48,447 bases of DNA, taken from assembly GCA_013115125.1 (NCBI GenBank), contig JABANN010000237.1:1-48447 (forward strand). Direction: 5' to 3'. Source of the DNA: Perkinsus olseni (lineage: Eukaryota). Position numbers and translations under genes: made by a program. Every line of letters starts with the position of its first letter. Position 1 is the first letter of the stretch. Below are positions 11,654-23,014 of the stretch, in pieces. Below the pieces are notes generated by a model. It ran no database searches. It was given only the letters and a program-made list of their open reading frames with translations, and was not told the origin of the DNA.

Positions 11654-11821
11654 GATACGGAAATCATATAACAAGGCGGAGCCCGGCAGCTCAAGAGTCT
11701 TCACGATGACGACCAAGAAACACTCCCATCACTCGACAGTACTATAGACCGTTGAAGTAGAAAAGTACATAAAAGGAGCTGATCGTGTAGGGTACATGTC
11801 TCCATGCGAAGATCAACACCA

Positions 11822-14800
11822 TCACCGCTGCAACAGCCTGCTCATGGCGACATCGAGGGAGTCCTGTATCAAGGCACACTCTTCAATTCTGGAAGATTCT
11901 CTCCCAGAAATCTCCTCATCCGCCACGGCCTCAATCCCGCGGTGTCGGGCTGCGTCATCCACTGAAAGCGCTTCTCCGTCGGCAGTTCCCTCATCACGTC
12001 CTCTGCAAGCATAAACCCATCAAGTGAACCGATTGAACTCAATCACCTCTGCCAATCGACGAGCGAGTCTTCACTCATTGCGCTGCTGAGCCTCTCCTCT
12101 GATATACCCCGGGACGAAGAGTCCAACGGCGGCGTCTCCACAGCCTCCAGAGATCTGCGTGGTGTGCGCCATAACGGAACGCTGTCCTCCTCCCCCGGGG
12201 AAGCCGCTAAAAGCCTCTCATTTCTTTCTATGACACTCGTTTCTGCATCGGTAATATCGCCGTCAGAATCTGCGGCCCGACTTCTACAGAAGATGGAGTG
12301 TATCACCAACGGACCTATCTGAAGGGCCACCGCAGCAAAGTTGCATCGCCATTCTGCCGGGGGCCTCCTCTTCAGGTCTCCGAGGAGCTTTTCAACAACC
12401 GGCCTCAGTTTCACTTGCACTGCGGACTTTTTGAGGACTGACTACGATAAAGGCAGTGATGATCGGCTTAGGAGCGTCTCGGCTCCTTAGCATGCCGGTG
12501 ATTTATCACCTCCGCTTTCACAGCGTTCCCACCATAACTGCTCGACGACCGGGATCCTGAGCTCGACCATGCTGCATCTGACTCTGAGAGGCCGACAGAG
12601 TAACTGCCAGATTACCGCGATGTATCGAGGTGGACGTGTGTCGCGATCCACGCGACTATGACTTACTACCTTTGAAGAGTCTTCCAGCTGGCATCCCGCG
12701 ATATTCCAGAGCCCGAGACGACGCTCATCGCACGCTGCGTTTTGTTATTCTTATTGTGTATCGGAGGTAGGCTGAACGTGCTGGGTTTGCTGGACGACCG
12801 TGCTTGAGCCGAGGAACATGACGTTGAAGATAGCTGAGTTGCTCCCTGCAATGAATCCGAGAGAACCAAAAGCCTTTTGTGGTAACGCTGGACTATTCTG
12901 GGAGACCCGAGCCGCCCGCATGCAATGACCTTGATGGATCACTACCTTTTTTCCTTTGGCGACGCAAATTGGCGGCAAAGATGTACTCCCAGCTACCGAG
13001 GCCTGACTACTGCCGAAAACCTTGCCCAGCATCCGCTCTAGAGCCCTATTCTTCGATTTGAATCCGAGATTCTCTGCTCGCAATCTGGCCACCTCCGATC
13101 GCATAGATTCCAGAATCCTGACTCAGCTCGCTGAAGGAAGACGGGTTGGTATTGCTCACTTCTCTGTTTCAGCGTTAACGCCAGCATCGACAGAAGCAGT
13201 AACGGCTCGTAGTCCGCTCATCAACCGTAATGGTACATTACATATGCTCATCGCCTTGAGCGCATACTGGAGAACGTGCACCGTCTCGGCGTAGTTTCTC
13301 TTGGCCTAATGATACATAAGAGGCACCACCGAGGTCATGAATCGGGCAGCTTCCAGGCATAGTCCTGCGCCGCTGAATTCGCCACATTACCCTACCGGGC
13401 TCACGGTGCAGATTATCATCGCGAGTCCTTTTCCGCCCAAAGAGTCTGCCAGTATCTGCGTTAGCTTGCTGTCCCTGTACGGCACATGAATGGCAGCAGC
13501 TGAGGCGATTGGCTCCGACGGGGACCCTTCTCGAGGCCCCGACGAACTTCCTAACACTATATACGGCATAGTGCGATCCAATCGCACCTCCATCACTACA
13601 CTCGGCCTGCTGGGCTAAGGCATTGATGACCTTCCCCAGGGCGAGGAGGCTCTTGTTAATCGATTGTGTCTCCTTTCTATGCTGAGCTTCTGTTCCTGAG
13701 GAGTTCGGAGATCTCCAGTAGCCCTGCCGGCGGTGAGCCACTCACGCGAGACTTTCAGCCTCTCTGATCCAGCAAGATCGGCAAAGGTTAGCTTTCCCCC
13801 GTTGGAAAGGAATATTGAGAAGAGACAATGCGATCTGCCAAAACACATGACAACTGCTCCTTACACACCCTTCACGATAGGATGCCGAGAACTGGTAGAT
13901 GCCGGAGAGCTGAGCCGCCACGCGTCCCAGCGATACCTCGAGCTGTGCCTGTTGAGCTCGTGGCCGTACACCTGTCGATTCGCCGTCCCTTCAGCGACAA
14001 GCGCCAGAACATCTGCGGCACTCTCACAGTCGACCTTCCGTAGGCCCGATACATAAAAGGAATTTCGCTCATTACCTGGAGGGTGATGGGGTTTAGCCGG
14101 TCTGTACGGATGATTCGGTAGTCTCCCGCATTCAGTCCCTTCTGGACGGCATTCCTATAGCTCACGAGGCCGCGTAAACACAGCTGCCGAGTACTACGGT
14201 CTTTGCTCGGGGGTATAGCCGACTACCCCGGCGCATCCGCCTCCTTGCCACGACCAGACCGATCCCTCTCTCCTTACACCGGACACGGAGCTGGTTCGGT
14301 TGGTGGTGACGGCGCAGCAGTGGTCGATGGAAGTCCTCCTCTGGGCTCCCTATCGCCTCAATTGGAGATACCAGAAGATCATTGAGCCTCTCATTATACA
14401 ACTCCAGAAAGGACGCGCGGACAGTTACATCGAGACCTGTCGATTCATTCAATAACCCGAGACCATCACCGACCCGCCGGGAGCGATTCGCCCCCAGATC
14501 CCCTGCCACTACCAAGTTCCTTGATCAGTCTGAAGAGGTCCTTGGCGCAGTTATGTATCAGCCCTCCCATGTCACCACTACAACGGTGGAGATACCCCTG
14601 CACGCCGGTCGGGATTGCCTCACCTAGACGGATCGCCTATCATCGTATGTGTCTTTCCACTTCCAGTTTGGCCATAGGCCATGACCGCGGCTCTATATCC
14701 CTCCAACACTGCATGGAGCATATCGCGAACCCCGCACCTTTCGAACACCTAGAGTCGGGCTGACAGACTACATGAACGGTCTCTGATGAACTTATTCACG

Positions 14801-15087
14801 CGTTGACACTACCTGTTTCTGCGTACTATCTGGCCCCAGGCAGCAGTGGAAACGTATCAGCTCAGGCGGGCTACTAGGCTCTCTACCAGGCTGCCTAACT
14901 GCCAGCTGGAAGGCAGCCGACCTATCACACATCAGTGCTGGCATGCCTGACTACAGTGGTACCCATCCTCCCCGTCCTTGCCCACAGAAACTACGTCAAC
15001 ACAGGGCTCGCATCCAGCATCTACTTCCGCCAGAAGCAGAGGCCTCACTCGCACGCAGGTACGGACAGCTACGACTCCTACTGACAT
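11822..15087 (-). CDS. Kinesin motor protein with N-terminal motor (possibly KIF12/kinesin-16-like); multi-exon, 3' end approximate
   Basis: [17 protein letters not shown]-loop [13 protein letters not shown] (about 14641-14680); [60 protein letters not shown]; followed by coiled coil. Confidence 0.93.
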
Positions 15088-15190
15088 CCAGTCATGAAAG
15101 CCGGGACCAGCCTATCCAAGCCACCCGGCATGCACACGTCTACCTCAGAACTCAAGACGCTATCACTACAGGAGAGATCATGAGGCATGC

Positions 15191-17289
15191 TCACAATAGG
15201 TCGAGAAGATCATCATCCTCAGCATGGGGTTCGTTATTCACACCGAGAGCTTTATCCAGATCGTCTTCAAGACCCTTGAGAGTCTCCCTGTAGGACCTGT
15301 TCGGACCAGGCCTCACATTATCATACTCAATCCGCCAAGGGCACCTGGTTGCAGCAGAAGCTGAGATCGTCTCGGTCTCCTCCTGTATTTCCTCGTCCGA
15401 CGATTCAACTTCCTCCGCAGGACCACAGATCTCAGTGTCTTCGAATAGTCGCAGCGTGAACTTCTGCTCCTCTCTCTGCTCCGACGGCGCCGCTATCAGA
15501 TTCGCCAACACCGACAGCTCAGCCTTGGCTACTCTCGAGGCAACCTGACATTCCTCATCCACGAGTGACCACCCAGGAGTACCTGCGAAGTACCTCAGGT
15601 GCAAGCGTCCGAGCTGGCTCCTGGACAGCACCCTCTTTCTCCCTATACCGGAGAATCGATGCGCTCATGAAGTCGGGATTGACTACTGTCTTTCCATCTC
15701 CGATGCACTGTCATCTTTGGCAGTGGAGTACATGTTGGTGCCCAGTTGGAACCATTCTCTATCAACACCCCACTGAACTCGTTCTACACCTTGTGGACCC
15801 CTGAGGCCGAGCAATACAGCCAACCAACATCAACTAGAGCCCAAGTCACTGCCCAATAAGTCACGGTCGTATCCGCGAGTTAATACCTCCAGTCAATTCT
15901 TCCGCTAATGTCCAGCACCTCCTCTCGCACAACATTATTCCCCTGATACTCCTTCATGGTCCCTACTCCAATAATTCTCCCCGCGGCCTTCCATATTGGA
16001 TACCCACACTGACCTGGTCTAGCGAATCCAAAAGGCAGCACTCCGGTACTGTCGACCCGTAATGACGCATCAGACCCTTGCAGGCCTTCTTGCAGGAAAG
16101 TGGATATCTTCGCCTGAAACGAGTTACGACCGAAAGTTTCGGTCCGAAACCATGTGCTTTCCCATTGCTGTACCCTCCGGTGATTTAAGTTTTGCAGAAC
16201 CGTTTGGCGCAGGGTATTGAAGTCACTGGTGGACAGCTTGTTGTAAGTACATAAACGAGCAAGTCTGGAGGCGTACACATTACTACCTACTTTTTAGACA
16301 GAAAACAGTCTGGTCTATTCGTTGCAGGGCCTGAGATTGTAGCTCAACCTCGCTCAGGAGCCTCTCCCACTTCTTCATCATCCTTCACGAGCTGTATCAT
16401 GCCATCAATGTGATTCATCGTCACCATCACCATCTCCTCGGACCGTCCACAGCGCACTGTCTAAGTAGTATATTTTACGCATAACAGACGCCCTGGCTAC
16501 TACTGAACCCCCCGTTATAACCTGTAGTTTCAGTCCCATAGACACCAGGTCGAAGAGTTTATCCATGCTCAGTGCGTTGAGCCTCATTATAGAGCTATGC
16601 ACTAGCCGCTCAAACAGTTGACGCAGTGACCGCATGGAGTACCTGAGGATGTCTGAGACAGGAGGACTACCCAAGCTCACATTTCCTGGGGGACCAACAT
16701 CTCCTTCATAAAAGATCTGAACGAGGACCCTCCCGCTCAAACTCACGCCTCACGTTCAACTACTTTTCAAACATAGCACGTATAACATCACTCAGGACTT
16801 TCCGCTTCTTCGCAGAGGGGATACTCTGGGCCACCAGCCGCTGGTTTAGTATGTACCTAGACGACTCAAACACTGAACTCCTTGATGTGACTTCGAGCTC
16901 CACTTGAGAGATCGCCTTCATCATCGAGTACAACAGCTGACAAACTTGGCGCCCATCGGCTTGTCGATACCTCAGAGCGTTCGAGGTGTCGCGAATTTCG
17001 CAATTCAAATCTGAACCCGAGTATGTGGCCAAAATTCGGCTCCAACATCTTCTGTGTGTTTTCGAGTGTTCGCCCAGAGGTGTACACATACACCCAAAAC
17101 ACGGATTTGCTCTTTCGGATGTGACTAATGTACGCTGAGATCGCGAAATTATGAAATTTCGAAGGCTGAATATACGCGCTAACGATTAGCAGCAAACCCG
17201 TAGAGTGCCCCCGAGCGCCGATAGTACATCATTTCACCTCCCATATTGATGACAACCATCGGCATGGTCAACAAGTGACCAATCACCAT
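15191..17289 (-). CDS. OSCP1: OSCP1 (organic solute carrier partner 1) homolog
   Basis: MPMVVINMGGEMM|YILNQRLVAQSIP..K.RKVLSDVI; FERLVHSSIMRLNALSMDKLFDL; LGTNMYS; AKAELSVLANLI; C-terminal DDLLDLL. Confidence 0.92.
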
Positions 17290-18336
17290 TCGCTAGTAGA
17301 TGAAACTCGCCCCTGGACGAGTAACAGCATCAAACTCTCAACTCGAGCACAACTTCTGTGCAGAAACGTGATGTTTCTTCAGAGGCAATTATCAACCCTG
17401 AATTGCTTCCGCCACTCACACGAGTATCCTTCGTAATAATTGAGATACTCCATTCCTTCATCCTCGCTTGCCTCGGAAACGTGTGTGCCATGCCAAGAGT
17501 TTTACTCTGAGACGCATGGATGTCTCCGATAGTACACAAACTGAACTATTCGACCAGGAACAGGAGCTGGCATCTGAACCACTGCGGTGGGGGGAACGGG
17601 GGCAGACGTCGTCGGTGAAAGCTCTACGGTGTTTGTCAGAGTCAGCGTCTAAGCATCATGTCAGAGATCGTTGTCAGAATGGGTTTCTTGACACATACCA
17701 CATAACCGTACTAAGTTTTCGAATGTTCTGAATCATAACTGGCAACAAGTGGTAGCCTTCGATTGAATGTTGTTAATGCCGGCGTTGGTATAGTAAACAA
17801 TTAGCCGAACAATTTGAACCACCGATTACTACCAGCTGTGAATTGGCGCGATAACATTCCGTGGGGGCTTCGAAACGGAAATAACTTCGGATGATTCGGC
17901 TTAGAAAGTAAGGTCTGCGGTCTACTTTTGAGCTTGCGTGCAATCGCGTGCGGCACGCACTGCACGCATACACAAGTAGGGGCCGTAGGATCTTACTGAG
18001 CCCAGCCCATATTGTGTTGAGCGTTACTAGTCTACTGTGGAGTTGCTACACATGCTTGATTGACCGTGCAAACTCCCCGCGAATGCGTCGGGGGATGCGC
18101 TGGAGCCAGTCCGAATCTGGGCAAGAATCTCATATGATGGACATCATTCGAGGCAAGAGCAGTGGGGTGACCTTCAATCATCATCGTGACTAACCATACC
18201 ACTGAAGGACTTCTGCGTCTCGCCTGGTTAGCACCAGTTGTGGCATGTGCGGAGCGGTCTTCGATGGCTCGGGGTTCTTTTTTGGGCATAAGCATTTGTG
18301 AGTTTATTCGCTCGTCTCCGTAGTGTTGGTCGCAAA

Positions 18337-19680
18337 ATGTCTAACAGCCGCTCTCCGGTGAAAACGATCAAGACTATCTGCGTTGTCGTGTTGTTGGTGC
18401 TAGTGAGTGCTGGTGCGGGAAGAGCTGTCCTCTCTACCCCCGTGGATCCTTTAGTGGCTGTGCCGCCGGAAGCACCAACTGTCACTATCGACCTGTCAAA
18501 AGTTCCCGAGGAGCGCTTCAAGCCTGCTGTCAAGGCTGTTCTGAGCAGACACTCTTACAATGAATCTTTCGAACCATTCATTAACCAGATGAATGCCACC
18601 CTATTCGATGCGCTTAAGTTGGATGACTGTGATTATGAAAAGTTGCGTGAAGCTGCTCGCAGATATTATCCTGAGCAGTTGAGGGAGTTGCAGGGCATCT
18701 CCGACGAGCTCGCTGCGAACGGTCATGATGTAAGCATACGATATCTCCTGGCTTTGATGTACGCCGCTGAATTAGAGGCTCTCCTGTACCCTCAAGCCTC
18801 GTCTACTCGTAATGGTGCCTGGTGCACGGCTGTAATGATTGCGGATACTTGTGGTACTGTTATACACGGACGCAACATGGATTTGCCTGAAGCATACGGG
18901 CCAGATGCGGGATTGGTGACTCTCAACTTAAACGTTATCAACGTTCCTCACCCGGGTGTTCCAGATTACAAGGCCGCTGGAGTCACCTGGCTGGCTGCAT
19001 CTCTAATCACTGCCGAAGTTCCCGGTAGGTTGTCCATGGAGCTCAATGCTCGATACTATCCAACTTATAGAAAGCCTCCCAGCAAGCAGACGATGTTTGA
19101 TTACATTCTGAGCGGAAGGGTGCCTGTGTTGCTGTCCTATAGACAGATGATCGAGCGTAATGGAGTATTCGACTTCGACAGGGCTGTCGAGTTCACTAGC
19201 AACAGCCTGCCTCTGTCGTGCCCGATCTATTTCGCAGTGGTTGGTGCAGGCCGCTTCAAGGCAGCCGTCATGGCCCGAGACGAAGATGGGCTCGCCGTCT
19301 ATGCGAATGGGACTAGGACTAAGCCTTTGTTTTTGGACAGCCAGGGTGACGAAGCCGGCGCTAACAAGTGGTATTTGGTGCAAACCAACTACGATCATTG
19401 GGAGGAGGACCCACCTGACGATCCGAGGAGGACCATAGCCGAGAACTGCATCAAGGACAACGGGAGGACCTACGATGTCACTTCCACTACCGACGTTGTC
19501 ATGAGATGCATCTTCAAGGATAATGTCACTACTACCGAGACCGTTTACACTACGATCATGAACCCCACTGATTCTCAGTTCACTACATTCGTGAGATATA
19601 ACATGACACTGAGCGAGGGTACCGCGATCGCACAATCTGCTTCTGCTGATAAGATCCAATATTTAAGGCCGAGTAAATGA
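18337..19680 (+). CDS. Acid ceramidase / N-acylethanolamine acid amidase (Ntn-hydrolase), secretory pathway, intronless
   Basis: Hydrophobic signal peptide; IDLSKVPEERF; ELQGI; nucleophile Cys in W-CTAV; HGRNMD; LVQTNYDHW...DDPRR; TVYTTIM. Confidence 0.92.
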   Translation: MSNSRSPVKTIKTICVVVLLVLVSAGAGRAVLSTPVDPLVAVPPEAPTVTIDLSKVPEERFKPAVKAVLSRHSYNESFEPFINQMNATLFDALKLDDCDYEKLREAARRYYPEQLRELQGISDELAANGHDVSIRYLLALMYAAELEALLYPQASSTRNGAWCTAVMIADTCGTVIHGRNMDLPEAYGPDAGLVTLNLNVINVPHPGVPDYKAAGVTWLAASLITAEVPGRLSMELNARYYPTYRKPPSKQTMFDYILSGRVPVLLSYRQMIERNGVFDFDRAVEFTSNSLPLSCPIYFAVVGAGRFKAAVMARDEDGLAVYANGTRTKPLFLDSQGDEAGANKWYLVQTNYDHWEEDPPDDPRRTIAENCIKDNGRTYDVTSTTDVVMRCIFKDNVTTTETVYTTIMNPTDSQFTTFVRYNMTLSEGTAIAQSASADKIQYLRPSK

Positions 19681-20604
19681 TGATGGTCCTCTAATGGCAA
19701 CTACAGTGGAGATATTACCATGGCTGCAATAGGTCTTTTGTTTCGTCATGATGAAGCTAATTCCAGCTTCATGATGATAGAGGTTGGTATTTCCAGAAAT
19801 TATTCATTTTCATACATTCAAGGGTTCCAAAGAAGATAAGTTTTTTCGGTTCGGAAGATCGTCATTTTGGATGGTTCATCAATTTGGTTGCGTTGAGAGT
19901 AATCGTCGCTGTATCTTGCTCACATGCTGTAGACGCGAGTCGTACGTCATCCCGCTGTTGTCAATGCGTTGATGTTGTTGCGGCCAGTTATGTTGTTGTA
20001 ACTGCTAGGATATCCTTCGTATAGTTAAAGCGGACAGAATTTCGTACGCTTTCCTAGCTTCATAGGGATATAATTCATGGCAGGTGGTGCCTGCTTCGTT
20101 GACTAAGCAAGCAACTGCGTGCGCAGTGCACCGTTATTACCCGTGGCTAGATTCTCACAAAAGAATACGGTTTCGGTAAGTCACCCGACTGACTTGCTGA
20201 GCTACTGTAGCTCTACCATGAAATTCTGGGGTTCCCGACCTGAAAGCTCCTGCGACAGGCAAATCATCGACTCAGCGTAGTGAGGAGATCACTGTAAGGG
20301 CGGCGCAATACTGCTGAGCGAATCAATATTAACGGGGAAGTCCTTCTCCTCGGAGGGCGGATGGGAAAAGACTACAGGGACGGATGGCCCGAGGGGAGAC
20401 TTGAGAGTCCACGCGCTATTGGTACCACGTTCATCTCATACTCGGGGGTGCTCTCAATGACGCCAAGCAGAGCCACGTGGGGCGATCAGATTCTGATCCC
20501 CAGAATATGTGACTGATCATCAGAATAGTACCAAAGGTACCATGGGCAAAGTATTGAACTTTAAGCCGATGACACACGACTGACAATACGATGATAGTAC
20601 CGCG

Positions 20605-22506
20605 GCCTCTGGTGATAGTGCGCCTGGTGACTGGTGACAGCTCATCTAGTTACTGGCGATAGTGCGTTCGGTGACTGTCGCTAGTGCCTCTGGTGACTGT
20701 CGATTACAGAGTCCAGAGTCTGGACCAGAGGCTCTACACCATTTCCAGACCTAATTAGTAAAACCCCAGAGCAATTTAATGAAGCCCAGGCCAAATTTGT
20801 AAAACCCCACAGCAATTTAATAAAGCCCAGGCCAAATTAGTGAAGTCTGGAAATGGTGTAGTGACTGGTGATAGTGCCTTTGGTAACCAATGGCAGTGCC
20901 TTTGGTGACTGGTGACAGTACCTCTGGTGACTGGTAATGGTGCCTTTAGTGACTGGTCATTGTGTTTTCGGTGACTGGTGACAGTGCTTTTGATGACTGG
21001 TCATTGTGCCTTTGGTGACTGGTCATGGTGCTTTTGGTGACTGGTGACAGTGCCTTCGATGACTGGTGTTAGTGTCTTTGGTGACTGGCAATAGTGCTTC
21101 TGGTTACTGATGACAATGGGTCTGTGATAGGTGGCAATGCTCTTAGTGCTCGGTGACAGTGCCTCTGGTGACTGGTGATAGCGCCTTTAATGACTTGTGA
21201 TATTGCTTCTGGTGACTGGTGACAGTGCCTCTGGTGACTGGTGATAGCGCCTTTGGTGACTGGTGACAGTGCATTTGGTGACTGGTGTAAGTGCCTTTAG
21301 TGACTGGTGTTAGTGTCCCTGGTAACTGGTGATGTTCCTTCTGGTAACTGGTGACAGGGTCTGTGATAGGTGGCAATGCTCTTAGTGCCCGGTGATAGTG
21401 TCTTTGGTGACTGGCGGTAGTGCTTCTCGTGACTGGTGATAGCGCCTTTGGTGACTGGTGGCAGTGTGTCTGTGATAGATGGCAATGCTCTTGCTGTCCG
21501 GTGACAGTGCCACTGGTGACTGGTGATAGCGCCTTTAGTGACTGGTGATAGCGCCTTTGGTGACTGGTCATGGTGCTTTTGGTGACTGGTGATATTGCAT
21601 TTGGTGACTGTTGATAGTGCGTCTGTGATAGGTGGCAATGTTCTTAGTACCCTGTGATAGTGCCTTTGGTGACTGGTGGCAGTGTGTCTGTGATAGGTGG
21701 CAATGCTCTTAGTTCCCGGAGACAGGGCCTCTGATGACCGGTGATAGCGCCATCGGTCGCTGGTGATACTGCTTCTGGTGACTGGTGACAGTGCCTCTGG
21801 TGACTGGTGATAGTGCTTCCGGTGACAGTCAGTCTGTGATAGGTGACAGCGCCTTTAGTGACTGGTGATAGCGCCTTTGGTGACTGGTCATGGTGCTTTT
21901 GGTGACTGATGATATTGCATTTGGTGACTGTTGATAGTGCTTTTGGTGATGGGTGGAAATGCTCTTAGTGCCCGGTGACAGTGCCTCTGGTGACTGGTGA
22001 TAGTGAATTTGGTGACTGGTGATAGCGCCTTTGGTGACTGGTGACAGTGTGTCTGTGATAGGTGGCAATGCTCTTTGTGCCCGGTGACAGTGCCCCTGGC
22101 GACTGGTGATAGCGCCTTTGGTGACTGGTGACAGTGTGTCTGTGATAGGTGGCAATGCTCTTAGTGCCCGGTGACAGTGCCTCTGGTGACTGGTGATAGC
22201 GCCTTTAATGACTTGTGATATTGCTTCTGGTGACTGGTGATAGTGCTTCTGGTGGGGTGATACCGCCTTTGGTGACTGTTTTTTTTGCCTTTGATGACTG
22301 GTGTTCCTGGTAACTGGTGATGTTCCTTCTGGTAACTGGTGACAGGGTCTGTGATAGGTGGCAATGCTCTTAGTGCCCGGTGATAGTGCCTCTGGTGACT
22401 GGTGATAGTGCTTTTGGTGACTGGTGATAGTGCTTCTGGTGTCAGGTGACAGTCGGTCTGTGATAGGTGACAGTGCCTCTAGCTACTGGTGATATTGCCT
22501 CTGGCA
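20605..22506. repeat. 22-bp minisatellite, consensus about GGTGACTGGTGA(T/C)AGTGCCT(C/T)T, with higher-order block duplications
   Basis: ggtgactgg recurs every 22 nt (21211, 21233, 21255, 21277). A block of about 100 bp at 21121 recurs near 22140. Confidence 0.95.
20734..20861. mobile_element. MITE of about 122 bp with terminal inverted repeats, probable TA target-site duplication and an internal 41-bp direct repeat
   Basis: ctacaccatttccagac (20734-20750) and gtctggaaatggtgtag (20845-20861) are a perfect 17-bp inverted repeat. The internal unit gtaaaacccca(g/c)agcaatttaat..agcccaggccaaatt occurs at 20758 and 20799. The element is AT-rich and interrupts the minisatellite. Confidence 0.8.
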
Positions 22507-23014
22507 GTTGCTGTGAGCAGGTACACTCAGACTGAACATCGGTACATAACCGTGGGAGACCCGTACGAAACAGTGTCTCTGGCCACCTTCTTGCTGTCTG
22601 CCCAGCAGGAACAGCGCTCTCGCTTAATATGAACCCAACAAGCTCCATAAGGTGTTCGATAATGCAGCTTCACAATAGCATGCGATTGTACAAGAATGCA
22701 TACGCTAATGATTTCTGAGTCGACATTATCCAGATGACGGAATATCAAAGAATCACCATTGAATGATGATGCTCCGCTACCGTGAGAGCGGAAGCTATTG
22801 CTTCTGCGAAAAAATAGAGTTCTGCGGTGAACGTCTCTAAGCGTAAGACGATGCTCTTGTCATCGACTACGCAATAAGGAGACGGGGCATCGGCTCGATG
22901 CCATCAAGTCATGATCTCCAACTCTGGCATGCTCGCTAATTTGGGTTCCCTGAGGGCGAACGGACTCGTAACTACACGCTGAGCGACTATGATAAGCACA
23001 ACCCGTCCACTACA

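Noticed and set aside
15088-15191. Kinesin ATG only 2 nt after the OSCP1 stop (translational coupling)
   Set aside because: An in-frame ATG at 15087 directly precedes the VRVRP motif and needs no extra intron.
19003-19659. Long antisense ORFs (also 45217-45969, 40237-40713) and the alternative-frame ORF 47709-48251
   Set aside because: Shadow frames of well-supported genes with no recognisable motifs.
21143-22364. His/Thr-rich repeat proteins on the minus strand
   Set aside because: The 22-nt unit is not a multiple of 3, so all frames give the same peptide; indels and stops are scattered through it.
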